This document shows positions 34,837 to 48,490 of a DNA stretch of 64,000 nt, one piece after another. Each line of letters opens with the position of its first letter. The first letter of the stretch is position 1. Source of the DNA: Torpedo marmorata (lineage: Eukaryota); assembly GCA_977017645.1 (NCBI GenBank), contig OZ360221.1:192696001-192760000 (forward strand), written 5' to 3'. The notes under the pieces are model-generated. The model ran no database searches and was not told where the DNA came from. It saw nothing but the letters and a program-made list of their open reading frames with translations. The position numbers and the translations under genes were made by a program.

Positions 34837-37199
34837 AGATTTAATCCATGTAGATCAAGCTGGTTTTATTAAGAATAGATATTCAAAAGATAACATAGCT
34901 AGATTAATTAGTTTAATTAATGTGGAAAAAAAAGAGATGATTTAGCATTAGTATTAACATTAGATGCTGAAAAGGCTTTTGACAGATTAGAGTGGAATTA
35001 TTTATTTAAGGTATTTGGGAAATTTGGCTTTGAAACTACATTCATTAATTGGATTAAAACTATATATATAATCTGCTAAAGTGGTGACAAATGGACAAAT
35101 TTCTTCAAAATTTTCTTTGACTAGGTCAACTAGACAAGGATGTCCTTTGTCGCCAGCACTGTTTATTTTAGAAATAGAACTTTTGGCAGAATTAATTAGA
35201 CAAGATATTAAGATTGCAGGTATTAAAGTTGGAAGAGAAGCGCATAAAATTAGTTTATTTGCAGATGATGTATTGATTTATATGACAAAACCTATTACTT
35301 CTTTAATACAATTGACTGTTTTATTGAGAGATTATGGGGAAATATCTGGTTATAAAATTAATTCTGATAAAACAGAAATTTTGGCATTGACACAAGGGGA
35401 TTATAGTAAATGTAAAGAAATTACACAATTTAAATGGTCAAAGGAAGGAATTAAATATTTGGGAATAAAGATTGATACAAAATTAACTAATTTATAAAAA
35501 TTAAATTATTTACCATTATTTATGAAAATTAAAAAGGATTTAGAAAGTTGGAAGGACTTACCTATAACTTTAATAGGAAGGGTAAACTGTATTAAAATGA
35601 ATGTCTTTCCAAGAATTCAAAATATTTTTCAATCAATTCCTTATGAAATCCCTTCGAAATTTTTTAAAGATTTAAATTTAATTATTAGGAAGTTTTTGTG
35701 GAAAGGAAAGTTGGCTAGAGTAGGTATGGAGAAGTTAACTTGGAAATATGAAATGGGTGGTTTGCAACTTCCTAATTTTCAAAATTATTATAAATTTGTT
35801 AATGAAATGTTTGATTTAGCTAAGTCTTCTGCTTGGATTAGAATAGAATTAAATAATATAGGAGAAGATTTGAAAGAAGAAGTTATTTATAAATGGAATT
35901 CTAAATTATTATTAATGAAAGTGAAGAATTCTCCTATTTTTAAACATTTGTTAGAAATATGGAATAGAGTGAATAGGGAGATAGGAGGGAAAGGGTCGAT
36001 TTCTCCAAAAATGCCTTCATATCAAAATAAACATTCCATTTACTGTTGATAATCAATTATTTAAAATTTGGTTCCAAAAGGGAATTAAGAAAATAAATGA
36101 TTGTTTTGAAGCTGGTAAATTTATTACTTTTCAAAGAATGAAAGATAAGTTTAATGTATTGAATAATACATTTTTTGCTTATTATCAAATTAGAGCATTT
36201 TTAGTTGGGAAGTTAGGTTATAGTTTGACTTTACCAAGACAGAGTGAACTAGAATTATTAATTACTAATGGAGGTGTAAATAAATTTATTTCTCAAATGT
36301 ATAGACTGTTTCAGAGAAAAATCCCTAAAGTAGGAATTCATAAATCAAGATTAAAATGGGAATCAGATTTTAATGTAACAATAGGTGAAGAACATTGGAA
36401 AGAATTATGTAAACTAAGTATGACGAAGATTATTAATGTTAGATATAGATTAGTTCAATATAATTTTTTTCATCAATTATATTTAACGCCTAAAAAATTA
36501 AAGAAATTTAATTTGACGTTATCAGGTTTATGTTTTAGATGTAACAAAGAGGAAGGTTCTTTTGTACATTCTACATGGTTTTGTCCAAAGATTTATGATT
36601 TTTAGTTGAAAGTTAAAAAAAATTTAGATAAAGTATTGAGTATTATACTTCCAATGGACCCTATGATATTTTTGTTTGGAGATATTAAAAGAATTAGTAT
36701 TAAGATGAAATTAAATATGTATCAAATAGAATTTTTGTGAATTGCTTTAGCTGTTTCTAAGAAATGTATTGCTATTACATGGAAATCTGATGTAGATTTA
36801 GGGTTAGAGAGATGGCATGCAGAACTTTGTTCATGTATACCACTTGAAAAAATTACTTATTATTTGCATAATAATTATCATTTCTTTTTGAAAATATGGA
36901 TCCCAAATATGAAGGCTGTTGGTTTAAGGATTTGAAGATCTCTGGACATCGGATCTGACTGGCGAACCTATCCTCCACAATAAAATTAGCTTATAGATGT
37001 GTTTTTTAGATTGACATTCTCCTTATTCTATTTTTTTCTTTCTTTTTTATTTTTATTTTAGTAGATTAGTAGGGGTGGGAGGGTTAGGAAGGGGAGGGAG
37101 GGAGGGGGGGTGAAAATGTATCACAAGTATTTTGATAATTTCATATTTTACCTTATGTATTTTGTGATTTAAAATTTTAAATTAAATATTTTAAAAAAA
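34837..37199 (+). mobile_element. L1/Tx1-clade 3' portion: RT, C-terminal Cys-rich region, 3'UTR and tail
   Basis: DQAGF, LDAEKAFD, RQGCPLSP, LFADD, KYLG, CFRC..H motifs; frameshifted. Confidence 0.9.
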
Positions 37200-37890
37200 G
37201 GGTATTTGTGTACATTTTGGTTTGACCACGTAGAAATTACAGCACTTTTTATACATAGTCCCCTCATTTCAGGGCACCATAATATTTGGGACATAGCAAT
37301 GGTATGTATATTACAGTCGTCATGTCTCGTAGTTTGTTGCATATCCCTTGCATGCAATGACTGCTTGAAGTCTGTGATTTCATAGACATTACCAGGTGTT
37401 GACTATCTTCTTTGGTGATGCTCTGCCAGGCCTCTACTGCAGCCATCTTCAGCTCCTGTTTGTTTCGGGGGCCTGTCCCCTGAAGTTTTCTCGTCAGCAT
37501 ATGGAAGGCATGCTCAATTGAACTTAGAACAGGTGACTGACTTGGCCGTTCAAGAATTTTCCAGTTTTTAACTTTGAAAAACTCCTTTGTTGCTTTAGCA
37601 GTGTTTTTGGGATCATTGTCTTGCTGCAGGATGAAGCGCCGTCAAATGAGTTTGGAGGCATTTGCTCGAACTTGAGCAGATAAGATGTTTCTATACAACT
37701 CAGAATTCATTTTGCTACTGACATCAGCAGTTACATCATCAATGAAGATAAGTGCGCCAGTACCTGTGGCAGCCATACATGCCCAGGTTCTTTTAAATAC
37801 TTCTTGTTAAACTATAATCTGGCCATCCTGTTCCAGTGTCTAACTAGTGGTTTGCATTTTGCAGTGTAGCCTCTGTATTTCTGTTTATCA
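37200..37890 (-). mobile_element. Tc1/mariner transposase remnant, internally deleted
   Basis: FILQQDNDPKNTAK, PSQSP-like motif, PRNKQELKMAAVEAWQSIT. Confidence 0.8.
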
Positions 37891-40244
37891 GATTCAACCT
37901 CTTGTGGGGTGAGGTTCATCATGGCAAGGACTGAGTGCATATTACATGGGTTTTGATTTAAAAAGAGCATGTTAAAACAGAAAACAAAGACAATGGATTT
38001 CCACAGAATTTTTACAGGACATATCTTATCAACAAGTACATTGCTCATGAAGTAAAAATGCCAGAGGGGTGAATTTCCAAAGAACTTCATTTCTAAACAA
38101 AACAAATGATAACATTATAAAATTAGCACATTTTAATCATATCCTGGTAGACTGGGAAATCTTGATATGATTTTGGGAAATAAGGATATTATAGGGGTGC
38201 TAGATTTTGTCAATTTCTGGAAGAGTTGCCTGTATAATTGTTTCTTTATTATACTGAATACATTTTCCAAAGATTAAAATTGACTTCAAGGTCTGGAGGG
38301 TGGCAAGAGTGAATTGTCATTATAAATACTGATTTGGTGAAACATTCATAGCTGCAAACGAGCTGCAGGAAAAAAAAACTTTAATCATAGTTTTTTTCTA
38401 GCTTTCTCGTGAAAGGAAATGCAACTTAATAGCAATGTCTTGTTCTTTTAATCTATTTCTCAGCTCTTTCGCATTCTTAGAACTCAATTTTATCATCTTG
38501 AAAAAATGGGGAAATTCATTTCATGAACTTCATTGAAGTAAAAATGGATTGTTAAAAATGGAGTTTTAATAAATTCAAGGTTCAACACATTCAGCCAAAG
38601 CAAAGCCAATGGATGTTTTAACCAAAACAGTCAAATTCAAGCAAGGAGAGATTATGATCAAGTTTATAGTGCTCCAATTAGACAATACCTTAAATAGCTG
38701 GACACAAGGTGTAATGCTTCATAATAATTTCAAAATTTTTGGAATCATTTTTGAGATGTAACTTTCAGTGTGATCAAAACCTTGGAACATTATTGCTTCA
38801 GGAATTTTTAATGGCATCAGCATAGCAAAAAAAATCTGCTTAAAGGGGTCAGTTCTTGAAGAGAAAATTAGCTGTTTTCTCTTACTGCACAGGATTCTAC
38901 TCCATCGCAGTACCATTTCCACTAGTTTTGTGAACTAATTTTCTCTGAATTACCTTATTAACTGTCATTAAAATATATTAAATCTACATTCTTGATGATC
39001 AGTAGTCATGGTGATCTGACTGAATGACTGGCCAGGTAATATGGCCCAGGGGTAGTAAGTACAATACATTTGTTTTGCCAGTAGATGGAATATTTGCACA
39101 AAAAATCTGCCTGAAATTTTTTAGTGATTCATAATCAAAAATAATGTTAAAATCAGGTAATGTCCCGATGCGGTATGGTAGTTTCGTGGTTAAACTGATG
39201 ATTTGCCAATCCAGATGTCTGGACTATTAATCCAGAGGCACTTTCAAATCACCATGGCAGCTGAAGAATTTAAATTCAAATCATTACAGAAATTTAGAAT
39301 TAAAAACTACTTGAATGTCACGTTCACTCATGTCATTCAAGGCTGCACTTACCTCGTCTAACCTGTTCATGACTGCACATCTACAGATATGATTGATTTC
39401 TAATTGCCCACTGGAACAGCCTGGAAAAACAAGCAGTTCAGGGATAATTAAGGGTGTGTAATTAAGGCCAAATCTTTCCAGCAACATCTATGTCTCTGGA
39501 ACATATAAATATGGAAAAAAAGTATCTGTGTTGTTCCAACCAAATAACAACCAAAACAGATCCGTCAACTTCTCCATAAACTTCTCTGAAAAGGGTAGAA
39601 GGATAAGAAATTACTTCATGTATTTACGAATACAATTTATGAAAGTTAAATGTCATATTATCACATCAGTACTTAGCTGTAGCTCCATTGAGATCTCTTT
39701 CTTTTGAGTAAGAAGTTTATGGTTAAAGATCCAGCCCAGAGATAAGTTCAAGATTTAAATCATTGAGGATTCCTGAATTGTTGGAGTGCCATCCTTTGTA
39801 TGAGGCATTAAACCATCTTTCCTCTCAAGTAGGTAAACAAGAACATTTGCAGACTCTGTGGTCTAGTGCAGTACTCAAAAGTGCTGGAGAAATTCAGCAG
39901 GGCACTCAGCATCCATAGCATGGATTTAGTCAGATAAATGATATGTTTCCCATTAAAATAAGGGATTAGGGTGCAAAGATAATGGGTCTTGGTGTAACTG
40001 TACGAGATTCAGCATTAAATTCAACCATTTCAGGAAAACAAACATTACATTTCCAATATTCATATTTTTTCCTTTGTATTGGTCTTTCTGGTTATTTGTC
40101 TCCTTTTGCTTGAACCTCCACCAGATATATCCAAAGTTATTAATAAGCTTTTAATACCCTTTCATCCAACAGCACCACCACTTCTGTCATTCAGTCCCTC
40201 CTGGTCTAGACTCCATCACAGACCTTTATCTTCTGCATCCCATG

Positions 40245-40922
40245 CTCCCAATACAGCCTCCTCTATATCAGGGAGACTGGACGCAGATTAGGAGATGGCT
40301 TAGTTGACTGGGAAATCACTTCATTGAGCACCTTCGCATGTCTGCTGCAACAGCGAGGACCTCCCAGCGGCCAATCACTTCAATTCCACACACAATTGCC
40401 ACACTGACATGTCTTTCCTTGGCCTTGTGTACTGACAAGTTGAGGCCACCCGTAAATTGGGGGAGCAACAACTAATATTCCATCTTGGCACTCTCCAACC
40501 GGATGGCTTTAACATAGACTTCTCCAGTTTCCGTTAACTCCCCTCCCCCAGTCTCTTTCTCTTTCCTTACCCTCCTGTCTCATTTCCTCCAGCTCCCCAT
40601 CCCCTTCCTTTCCTTCTCCTATCAGAGAGCTCAACTTCTTAGCCCTCTGCCCTCTCTCCCCTATCAACTCAGCTTCTTTCTCTTCTCCCATCCCACCTGT
40701 ATCCACCTATTACTTCTTACCTGTTAGCCTGTGCTCCTCTCCCTGTCCCTTCCTCCCTCCTCACCTCTCCTTCTCCCTCCTCACCCCAACCTTTCATTCA
40801 GACATCTGCTTGATTTCCAACATTCCTGATAAAGGGCTCAGATCCAAAACGTCAACTGCCTTTTATTTCCTGTGGATGCTGCTTGACCTGCCATGTTTCA
40901 CCAGCACTTTTGTGTACTGCAC
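40245..40922 (+). mobile_element. Penelope-like GIY-YIG and 3' fragment
   Basis: LLYIRETGRRL, ANHFNS, QQLIFHLGTLQPDG; ctgataaagggctcagatccaaaacgtc. Confidence 0.8.
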
Positions 40923-41309
40923 TTTCATCTCAAGTAGTTTAATGATGCTGAAATTAATTTGAACTCAACTTTTGACAGTCCACAATGGTTGAATATTTAG
41001 AAAGTAAAACACAATAGTTCCAAAGGAAAGTGATCCAGGTTGGAACCAAAATTGGTTCAGTGATAAGAAGCAGTGGTCGATGCCTGCTTAAGTGACTGGA
41101 ATGCTGGTTGCCAAACAATTCCTTCCTTTTCATGATATATTTTATTGAGAGTCTTGCCTGTCAGGCCAAAGTGTAGGTCCAGAATGTGTTAGTTTGAAGC
41201 TCCTTCGTCATGTACTTCTGATGAGCATTCTTCAAGCTGAAACGTTAACTCTGTTTCTCACTCCACAGGAGCTGAGCATTTCCAATTTTAATTTTTTTAA
41301 TTTTTAATT

Positions 41310-41563
41310 TTAATTTAGAGGTACAGCATGGGGTAACAGGCCCTTCTGGCCCATGAGCCTGCGCCGCCAAAATACACCACACGTGAACAATTAACCTATT
41401 AACCCCATACGTCTTTGAAATGTGGGAGGAAACCAGAGCACTTGGAGGAAACCCACGCAGACACGGGACAACGTAGAAACTCCTTACAGACAGCGTCAGA
41501 TACAAACCTGGGTCACTGATGCTGTAATAGCTTGTGCTAACGACTACACTAACCATGCCACCC
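41310..41563 (-). mobile_element. tRNA-derived SINE (V-SINE-like)
   Basis: Reverse complement of the SINE core (gtgtctgcgtgggtttcctcc...ggtttcctcccaca). Confidence 0.8.
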
Positions 41564-43101
41564 TAAAAATATTTTCTGTTTTATTTCAAATTTCCAGCAT
41601 CTACAGTTTCATTTCAATTTTCAATAATTTTGGCTTCCTAACTTTAAATGAGAGTATTTTGGTTTCTTCAAATCATTTCATACCTAACCTGGACAGAAAT
41701 AATTATAACAATCATTGAACATTTTAACACCTCACTGTCGAAAGCTGCTTCTACACAGTTTGGATTAGCTTCAATTATGCAATATGTGTAAAGCTACAGA
41801 TGAAGTGATAAATGTATCACACATAAGCAAGTTAACATAAATTAACCACCATGGTGTCCTTTACATAATTTGTTTTTGATTTTATTTTCTATAATGATTG
41901 CACAAAGGTGTTTGTAAACAGTGCACGAAACAGGGTTTTAAAATGGATTTTATTCGGGACAACCGCTTTCATACAACTAACAAAGTACATCAATGTAAAA
42001 ATTGATATGTTATTAAACCCCAATATTCAGTGCAACAAAGCTCACATAAAATTAGAAGAAATAACTACATTTATCAAGCTCATTTCATCACCTCAGGAAA
42101 CACTTTTGAAGTATCATCACTGTTGTGCTGTGGGAAATGGGAGAGCTGGTTTGCTTACGGCAAGCTTGCACAAATAATAATTAGCAGATAATGTTTTGAA
42201 ATATGATTTGGAGCTAGGTGTCGGGCACGATCGCAGAGGCAACTCTGTTGCCCTTCTTCAAAATAGTGCTGTGGGATTATTTACAGTCATCTGAGTGAGT
42301 ACATGTGACAGATATTCAGAACCATGGAGTGAGATTTGATTGTTGCATTGGCCATCTCTGAGTACAGTACTGCTCACTGAATCACAGTCACTCTTGCAAC
42401 CTACCTTGTACATCTTCAAAGATACTTCGAAAGTGCCAAAGGCCACTTGGTGTTTTTCTTGCTATGCCTGGACATAAGTTAGATTTTGTTCCAAGCAGGA
42501 AGGGCTACTTCATTATTTGAGGAGGAACTGGAATAGAATGTTACACAATCAACAAATGTTTCCATTTCTGACCTTGTGATGGAGCGAACAGCTGATGTAG
42601 CTAAAGATGGTTGAACATCTTTGACAATGACAATGTATCGAGTTTTATCCAATAACCACATTCAAAGTACGTTCTGGTAGATTCAAGTCCAACCATTTCC
42701 GAGTTTTTTTCTTGATTCGTATTGTTTTCATTCTTGTTCCTAGTACTCACAACAATGTTCCTCTATTATCATTTATGCTTTTTACACAGCCACTCCATTC
42801 CGGGACATTTTCTCCTTTTTTCCGGAATGTGTGCTGTGTAAAAAGCACGGAAACGGAATGGGAGTATCATTCCAGTCCCGTCTTTTTACCGCAAAGGGAC
42901 CTAGTAAACTTCCCGGAACGCCTGCAGTGTAAACTGCACTTCAGGCATTCCGGGACCAACTCGGCTTATTAATATGACGTTGCGATGACGTTTGATGGCA
43001 CGTAATGTGTGCGACGTTTCAGCACGAGATTTGAAACCAACAGTCAGTCAGTTATCAGCATTAAACAGCCAACAGTCAGTTCACAGCATCCAACAACTAC
43101 G

Positions 43102-45093
43102 ATGTCTGCCAACTGGAGTGATTCTGAGATCCGCGAGCTCCTCGCCATCCCTGTGGTGAACAAAATAAACCTCCACATAACGGACACAGTGAGGGATGGA
43201 CCGATATTAGATTGGGTAGCATTAAAAATGAGAGAAAGGGGGTTTAATCACGACAAGTCCCAGGTGATTAGCAAGCTTAAATGCCTGCGTAGGAAGTACC
43301 ATCAGGTAAATGACCACAATGGCCGGAGTGGCAGGGGGTGATTGGACTGGCTGTATTTTGAACTGTGCTATGCCATCTGGGGCACAAGCCATTCAGCACA
43401 CGCAGTAGCACTATGGAGCAACATGGAGGATCCATCGTCGCCTGATGTGGTTCCAGCTGTGTCTCCCTCCTCCAGCAGCAGTCCTGATACCAGGGTCCTG
43501 AGTGGTATGGAAACAGCCCAGCAATACAGGACCTGCGCCTCAAGAGCAACCAGGTAAAAACTTATTCTTCTCGTGATCAACAAACTTTGTCATGTGTTTT
43601 GTAAGTGTGTCTGCCCATAAAGAGCGGTCTTACTAATGTAACTTGTGCTCCATTGCTTTCCAGGGTACCAGCCACCTAAGAAGAGACCGAGACCTACCAA
43701 GGCACAGGTGGTGACCCAGGAAATGAGGGAGATGTTTCACTCAATGGACCGTGAGGATGTCGAGAGGGAGCGTATTCGGCAGGAGGTGCAGAGGGCCCGT
43801 GAGGAGCGGATGAAGAGAGAGGCACAGGAGGCAGAGATGGCAGCACGTGAGGCGGACAGACGTACCCGCTCAGAGGAGGTGGCAGCACGTGAGGCGGACA
43901 GACGTACCCGGTCAGAGGAGGTGGCAGCACGTGAGGCGGACAGACGTACCGGGTCAGAGGAGATGACAGTACGTGAGGTGGACAGACGTACCCGGTCAGA
44001 GGAGATGACAGTACGTGAGGTGGACAGACGTACCCGGTCAGAGGAGGTGGCAGCACGTGAGGCGGACAGACGTACCCGGTCAGAGGAGATGGCAGCACGT
44101 GAGGTGGACAGACGTACCCGGTCAGAGGAGATGACAGTACGTGAGGTGGACAGACGTACCCAGTCAGAGGAGGTGGCAGCACGTGAGGCGGACAGACGTA
44201 CCCGGTCAGAGGAGGTGGCAGCACGTGAGGCGGACAGACGTACCCGCTCAGAGGAGGTGGCAGCACGTGAGGCGGACAGACGTACCCGGTCAGAGGAGGT
44301 GGCAGCACGTGAGGCGGACAGACGTACCCGCTCAGAGGAGGTGGCAGCACGTGAGGCGGACAGACGTACCCGCGCAGAGGAGTTGGCAGCACGTGAGGCG
44401 GACAGACGTACCCGCTCAGAGGAGGTGGCAGCACGTGAGGCGGACAGACGTACCCGCTCAGAGGAGGTGGCAGCACGTGAGGCGGACAGACGTACCCGGT
44501 CAGAGGAGGTGGCAGCACGTGAGGCGGACAGACGTACCCGCGCAGAGGAGGTGGCAGCACGTGAGGCGGACAGACGTACCCGCTCAGAGGAGGTGGCAGC
44601 ACGTGAGGCGGACAGACGTACCCGCGCAGAGGAGGTGGAAGCACGTGAGGCGGACAGACGTACCCGCGCAGAGGAGGTGGCAGCACGTGAGGCGGACAGA
44701 CGTACCCGCGCAGAGGAGGTGGCAGCACGTGAGGCGGACAGACGTACCCGCGCAGAGGAGATGGCAGGGTTTGGACAAATGTTCAAAGATTTCCAACAGG
44801 AAATGCAGAACCAGGCCTCACTCATGAGGGACATGATGACTCTAATGTCGTCCTCTGCTCGACAGCATCAACCTCCCGTGTCACTGCCACAAACTCCCGT
44901 ACGACAGTACCACACTCATCAACCCCATAGTCAGTATTTCTATCAGACACCACAGCAGAATGACTTTATGCAACACTCAGACGAGGCATATGGGTCTTTT
45001 AAATCACCCTCGTCCTCCTCCCTCCTCCAGCTGCTGGAGCGATGTGACTTTTGCAAGTGGTCATCAATGTTTGGTTTTATTGCACAGTTGTAA
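43102..45093 (+). pseudogene. Harbinger Myb/SANT-like DNA-binding protein, 2 exons, with internal stop, probable frameshift and repeat expansion
   Basis: MSANWSDSEIRELL..KLKCLRRKY..NGRSGRG*LDWLYFELCYAIWG. Intron 43554-43663 (GT..tactaat..CAG). Exon 2 has PPKKRPR (NLS-like) and the E/R-rich repeat. Confidence 0.85.
43831..44766 (+). repeat. 42-bp minisatellite, ~22 units, in frame (EEVAAREADRRTRS)
   Basis: Unit gaggaggtggcagcacgtgaggcggacagacgtacccg(g/c)(t/g)ca. Confidence 0.97.
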
Positions 45094-45215
45094 ATAGTTA
45101 AATGCAGTTGAATTAAAAGTTTTTATTTTCGTTTACATGTCTCCTATTCACTACTATTCTATGAAAAGTGCACTAGATACATCTACTAAAAGCTGTCATT
45201 TACTAGCTTAATTTC

Positions 45216-46730
45216 TTACAGAATGGACATAATTGCCTCACGGATCGCCTGGTGACTGTGTGCTTGTGCACCCTGATAAGCAACTCGCTCAGGCTCCTCA
45301 GGGAGATCGGGTAGCTCAGTGTTCCACTCAGGCAAGAAGTGTTCCTTGTTGATCTCACATATATTGTGTAGAACACAACAGGCAACAACAACGTCTGATA
45401 CAAAAGTGGTACAAATATCAAGTCGCTTGGCCAGGCACCTCCAGCGAACTGTGAGACGTCCGAATGCATTTTCCACCACAATCCTTGCCGAGTTTAAATG
45501 GAAGTTGTAGCTACGCTGCCATTGATCGAGTGTGTTGTGGTTAGTGAACCCCTTCATCAACTACTTCCTCAGTGGATAAGCTGGGTCTCCAATTAGATGC
45601 ACAGGAATCTCCACTCCGTTAACAGTTCTGGATTTCTGTAGGCAGAACAATGTAGATGTATAAGTGGCTTCTGCACCCTCTGAGAACAACACATAAATCA
45701 CTGTACAGTGGGGTACATTAACTTACTTCACGTGGGAAGAGTTACCCACCTTGATCCTCGGCCTTTCTGTAGATGGGTGAGTTGGCTAAAACTCGAGCAT
45801 CATGGGTGCGCCCAGGCCAACCCACATACACATCTGTGAAGCTGGAACAACAAGAAGTCTGTGTTGAGATAGACAGATGAAACACATTAATTAATAAAGA
45901 GCAATAATTGTAACTCAGGGCATGATCCTCACCAGTAGTTGTGGTCTACAACTGCCTGTAGAACAATGGAGTGCCAGCCTTTCCGATTGTAGTAGGCTAG
46001 TGGGTCCTCATGGGGGGCTCTGATGGAAATATGTGTGCCATCAATGGCACCAGCACACACTGGATACCCTCATTCTGCAAATGTGTCCATTGCCTCCTGG
46101 AGTCGTGCACAACTCGGCAGGTCAACAAAACGTTTATATAGGGCCCTCTTCAATGCTCCTGTAACTTGGCGTACCAACACACAGACAGTGGCCACACCAA
46201 CACTAAAAATACAACTTATGGATTGATGTTCACATGGGGTAGCATACCACCACAAAGCAACGGCGAGTCTAAGCCAAGGTTCCAGAGGTTGTCACCAGTT
46301 TGTTGTCTTGCGCCTCAGATGTGACTCAATGAGTTCCAATACAAAGTCAAAAGTGTCCCAAGACATACGGAAATGACCCCTCCACTCATCTTCATCAAAA
46401 TTGTTTAGGACATTAGACCAGAACACAGGCCCATGTGGTCTCTCTCTCCTCCACATTTTTCTATCATACAGCAGCGCGAATGGACTCACCAGAAGGAAAC
46501 GTCTCTGTCTACGGCGTCTAAGGTTCGCGCGCGTTTCTGCCTCATACTGCTCCCTGCTTCTCTTCAAATTCTCCTCCAATGTATTTCTGATCGCACAAAT
46601 ACGTTGCTCGCACGGATTCTGCGTCCATCTGCGCATCATGATGCATGATGCGCAGGAAATTAGCCTGGGCTCGAAGAGTGCTATACATGTTCACTGCTAG
46701 CACCATAAGCACATCAAGATCTACTGCCAT
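45216..46730 (-). pseudogene. Harbinger (HARBI1-family) DDE transposase, at least 3 exons, multiple stops
   Basis: [64 protein letters not shown] introns 45842-45932 and 45636-45726. Confidence 0.9.
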
Positions 46731-47004
46731 TTTGTTTTGTTTTGAAGGATATGTCGGACGCGTATGTTATACATCACAGTCGATGTCAATGCAGTGGAGT
46801 TACACGTCCCGCCTCTTTTGATACCGCAATGCCGGCATGCTGTGTAAATAGGCACACTCACCCAGAAAATTGCAGGTTTTGCTCATTCCAGTGTGAACGA
46901 CCAATGCCGGCATATTGGAGGGTCTTCATTATGGAGATATCGCGGGATTGCTGTGTAAAAAACATAATTGACATTCTATCTATAAAACCTTTCCAGTCTT
47001 TCTG

Positions 47005-47455
47005 GTTTACACAAAAATTCTGGAGAAACTCAGCAAGTCACACAGTGTTCTTTATGTTCCAAAGATAAAGATACATTTCCAAAGTTTCTAGCTTGAACCC
47101 TTCATTAAGGTATAAGCAAAAAGCAGGCAGGCACCTGAATAAACTGGTGGGGGGAGGGGAAAGGGGGGGGAGCACAGGCCCACAGGCAAGAGGTCATAGG
47201 TGGATATGGGTAGGAGGTCATGAGAAAAAAAAAGCTGAGAAATGATAAGGGAAGGGAATAAATCTCTGAATGGAGAGGGAAGTGGTGGAGAACTGGAGGA
47301 AAGGAGACAGAGGGATTGGGTAGAGAGGGAGACAAGTGAGTGGCCTAATGGAAATCGGAGAAGTCGATGTTAATGCCATCCGGTTGGAGAGTGCCCGAAC
47401 GGAATATTAGGCGTTGCTCCTCCAATTTATGGATGGCCTCGGTTTGGCAGTGCAT
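47005..47455 (-). mobile_element. Penelope-like 3' fragment
   Basis: Reverse complement KLEEQRLIF..GTLQPDGINIDF and ttaatgaagggttcaagctagaaac. Confidence 0.8.
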
Positions 47456-47759
47456 GATTACTACAGGGCAACTGTGGACTATGCAAGTTGTTCTCACCAG
47501 CATGTAGATATAAAACAATGCAGCGTCTAGTTATCTTCAGGGAGAAAGTATGACTAGGCACAACAATAACTATTTAATGATTTTATTCCCATTATTTATC
47601 TTTTTTTTAATATTGGGAACTTTTGCTTTAAAATAGCAACATTCTGAGCCTGACCTGGCAAATTTCAGTTCTGAAAGGTTGGCAACAGTGGGTGCACTGA
47701 AGTGTTGAGCTTAGTGGTTCTGGCAGAATCCAAACTGAGCATTGGCAAGCAGTCTATTA

Positions 47760-48490
47760 TAAAGTAAATGGCACCTGAGAGCACTGTTGATGACAGTTCC
47801 TGTCACTTTGCTGATGAACGAGAGGAGCCTTCATTTTTGAGTAGTTATTGGCCTTCCCTAATTTCCTTTGAGAAAGTAGCTGTGAATCACTATTTTGAAC
47901 AACATAAGTGCCCACTAATTTTTGGGGGAAAGGAGACAGACCCAACAAGTATGAAGAAATTCTTCTATCTTTCCAAGTCAGGAGAAGGGGGGTGGGGGAA
48001 GCACAGTTGGTGTTCTTCCTGTGCACCAGTCACCATTAATCTTCTTGGCATTTTAGTCTAGGGGCATGAGAATTGCTGTCAGTGCAGCCTAGACCAGTAA
48101 CTGCACCATATTGTGTGGATGGCACACACTGCAGCCATGACGTGACAGGAGTGAATGTTCAAGATGCCAGATGGGATGCCGGTCAGGTGGATTGCATTAT
48201 CCTGGATGGAATTGAGCATCCTAAGTGTCATTGGAGCTGGATGTGTTCAAGCAATTGAAGAATATTCCATCACACTCCTAGTCTGTGACCTGTGAATGGT
48301 GAAAATATTATTCCCACTTCTAACCGCTGATTGAAGGGAGGTTATTGATGAAGCAGCTGGTTGGGTCCAGGGCACTACACTGCGGAACTCCTGCAGCAAT
48401 GTTATGGGACTGGGACCTTCAAAAATCATCTTCATTTGTGTGAGGTTTGATTCCAACCATTATAATATTTTTTCCTGGCATTCCATTGAA
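47760..48490 (-). mobile_element. Ancient LINE (CR1/L2-like) RT remnant
   Basis: Reverse complement gcaggagttccgcagtgtagtg..ctggacccaac (GVPQ-like) and RSVMEYS. Confidence 0.45.

Larger units (their letters stand above)
42776..46964. mobile_element. PIF/Harbinger DNA transposon, full-length, decayed
   Basis: TIRs TGCTTTTTACACAGC / GCTGTGTAAAAAACA (14/15); flanks TTA / TAA; convergent Myb/SANT and DDE transposase genes. Confidence 0.9.

Noticed and set aside
43831-44766. CRISPR-like array
   Set aside because: Units are head-to-tail with no unique spacers, there are no cas genes, and the context is eukaryotic; it is a minisatellite.
43694-44834. Alternative-frame ORFs (LPPPLRGYVCPPHV..., SASRAATSS..., RRWQHVRRTDVP...)
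   Set aside because: By-products of a 42-bp unit lacking stops in most frames; only the + frame continues the Myb gene.
45216-46730. Domesticated host HARBI1 gene
   Set aside because: Multiple stops, TIRs and a partner Myb gene indicate a decayed transposon.
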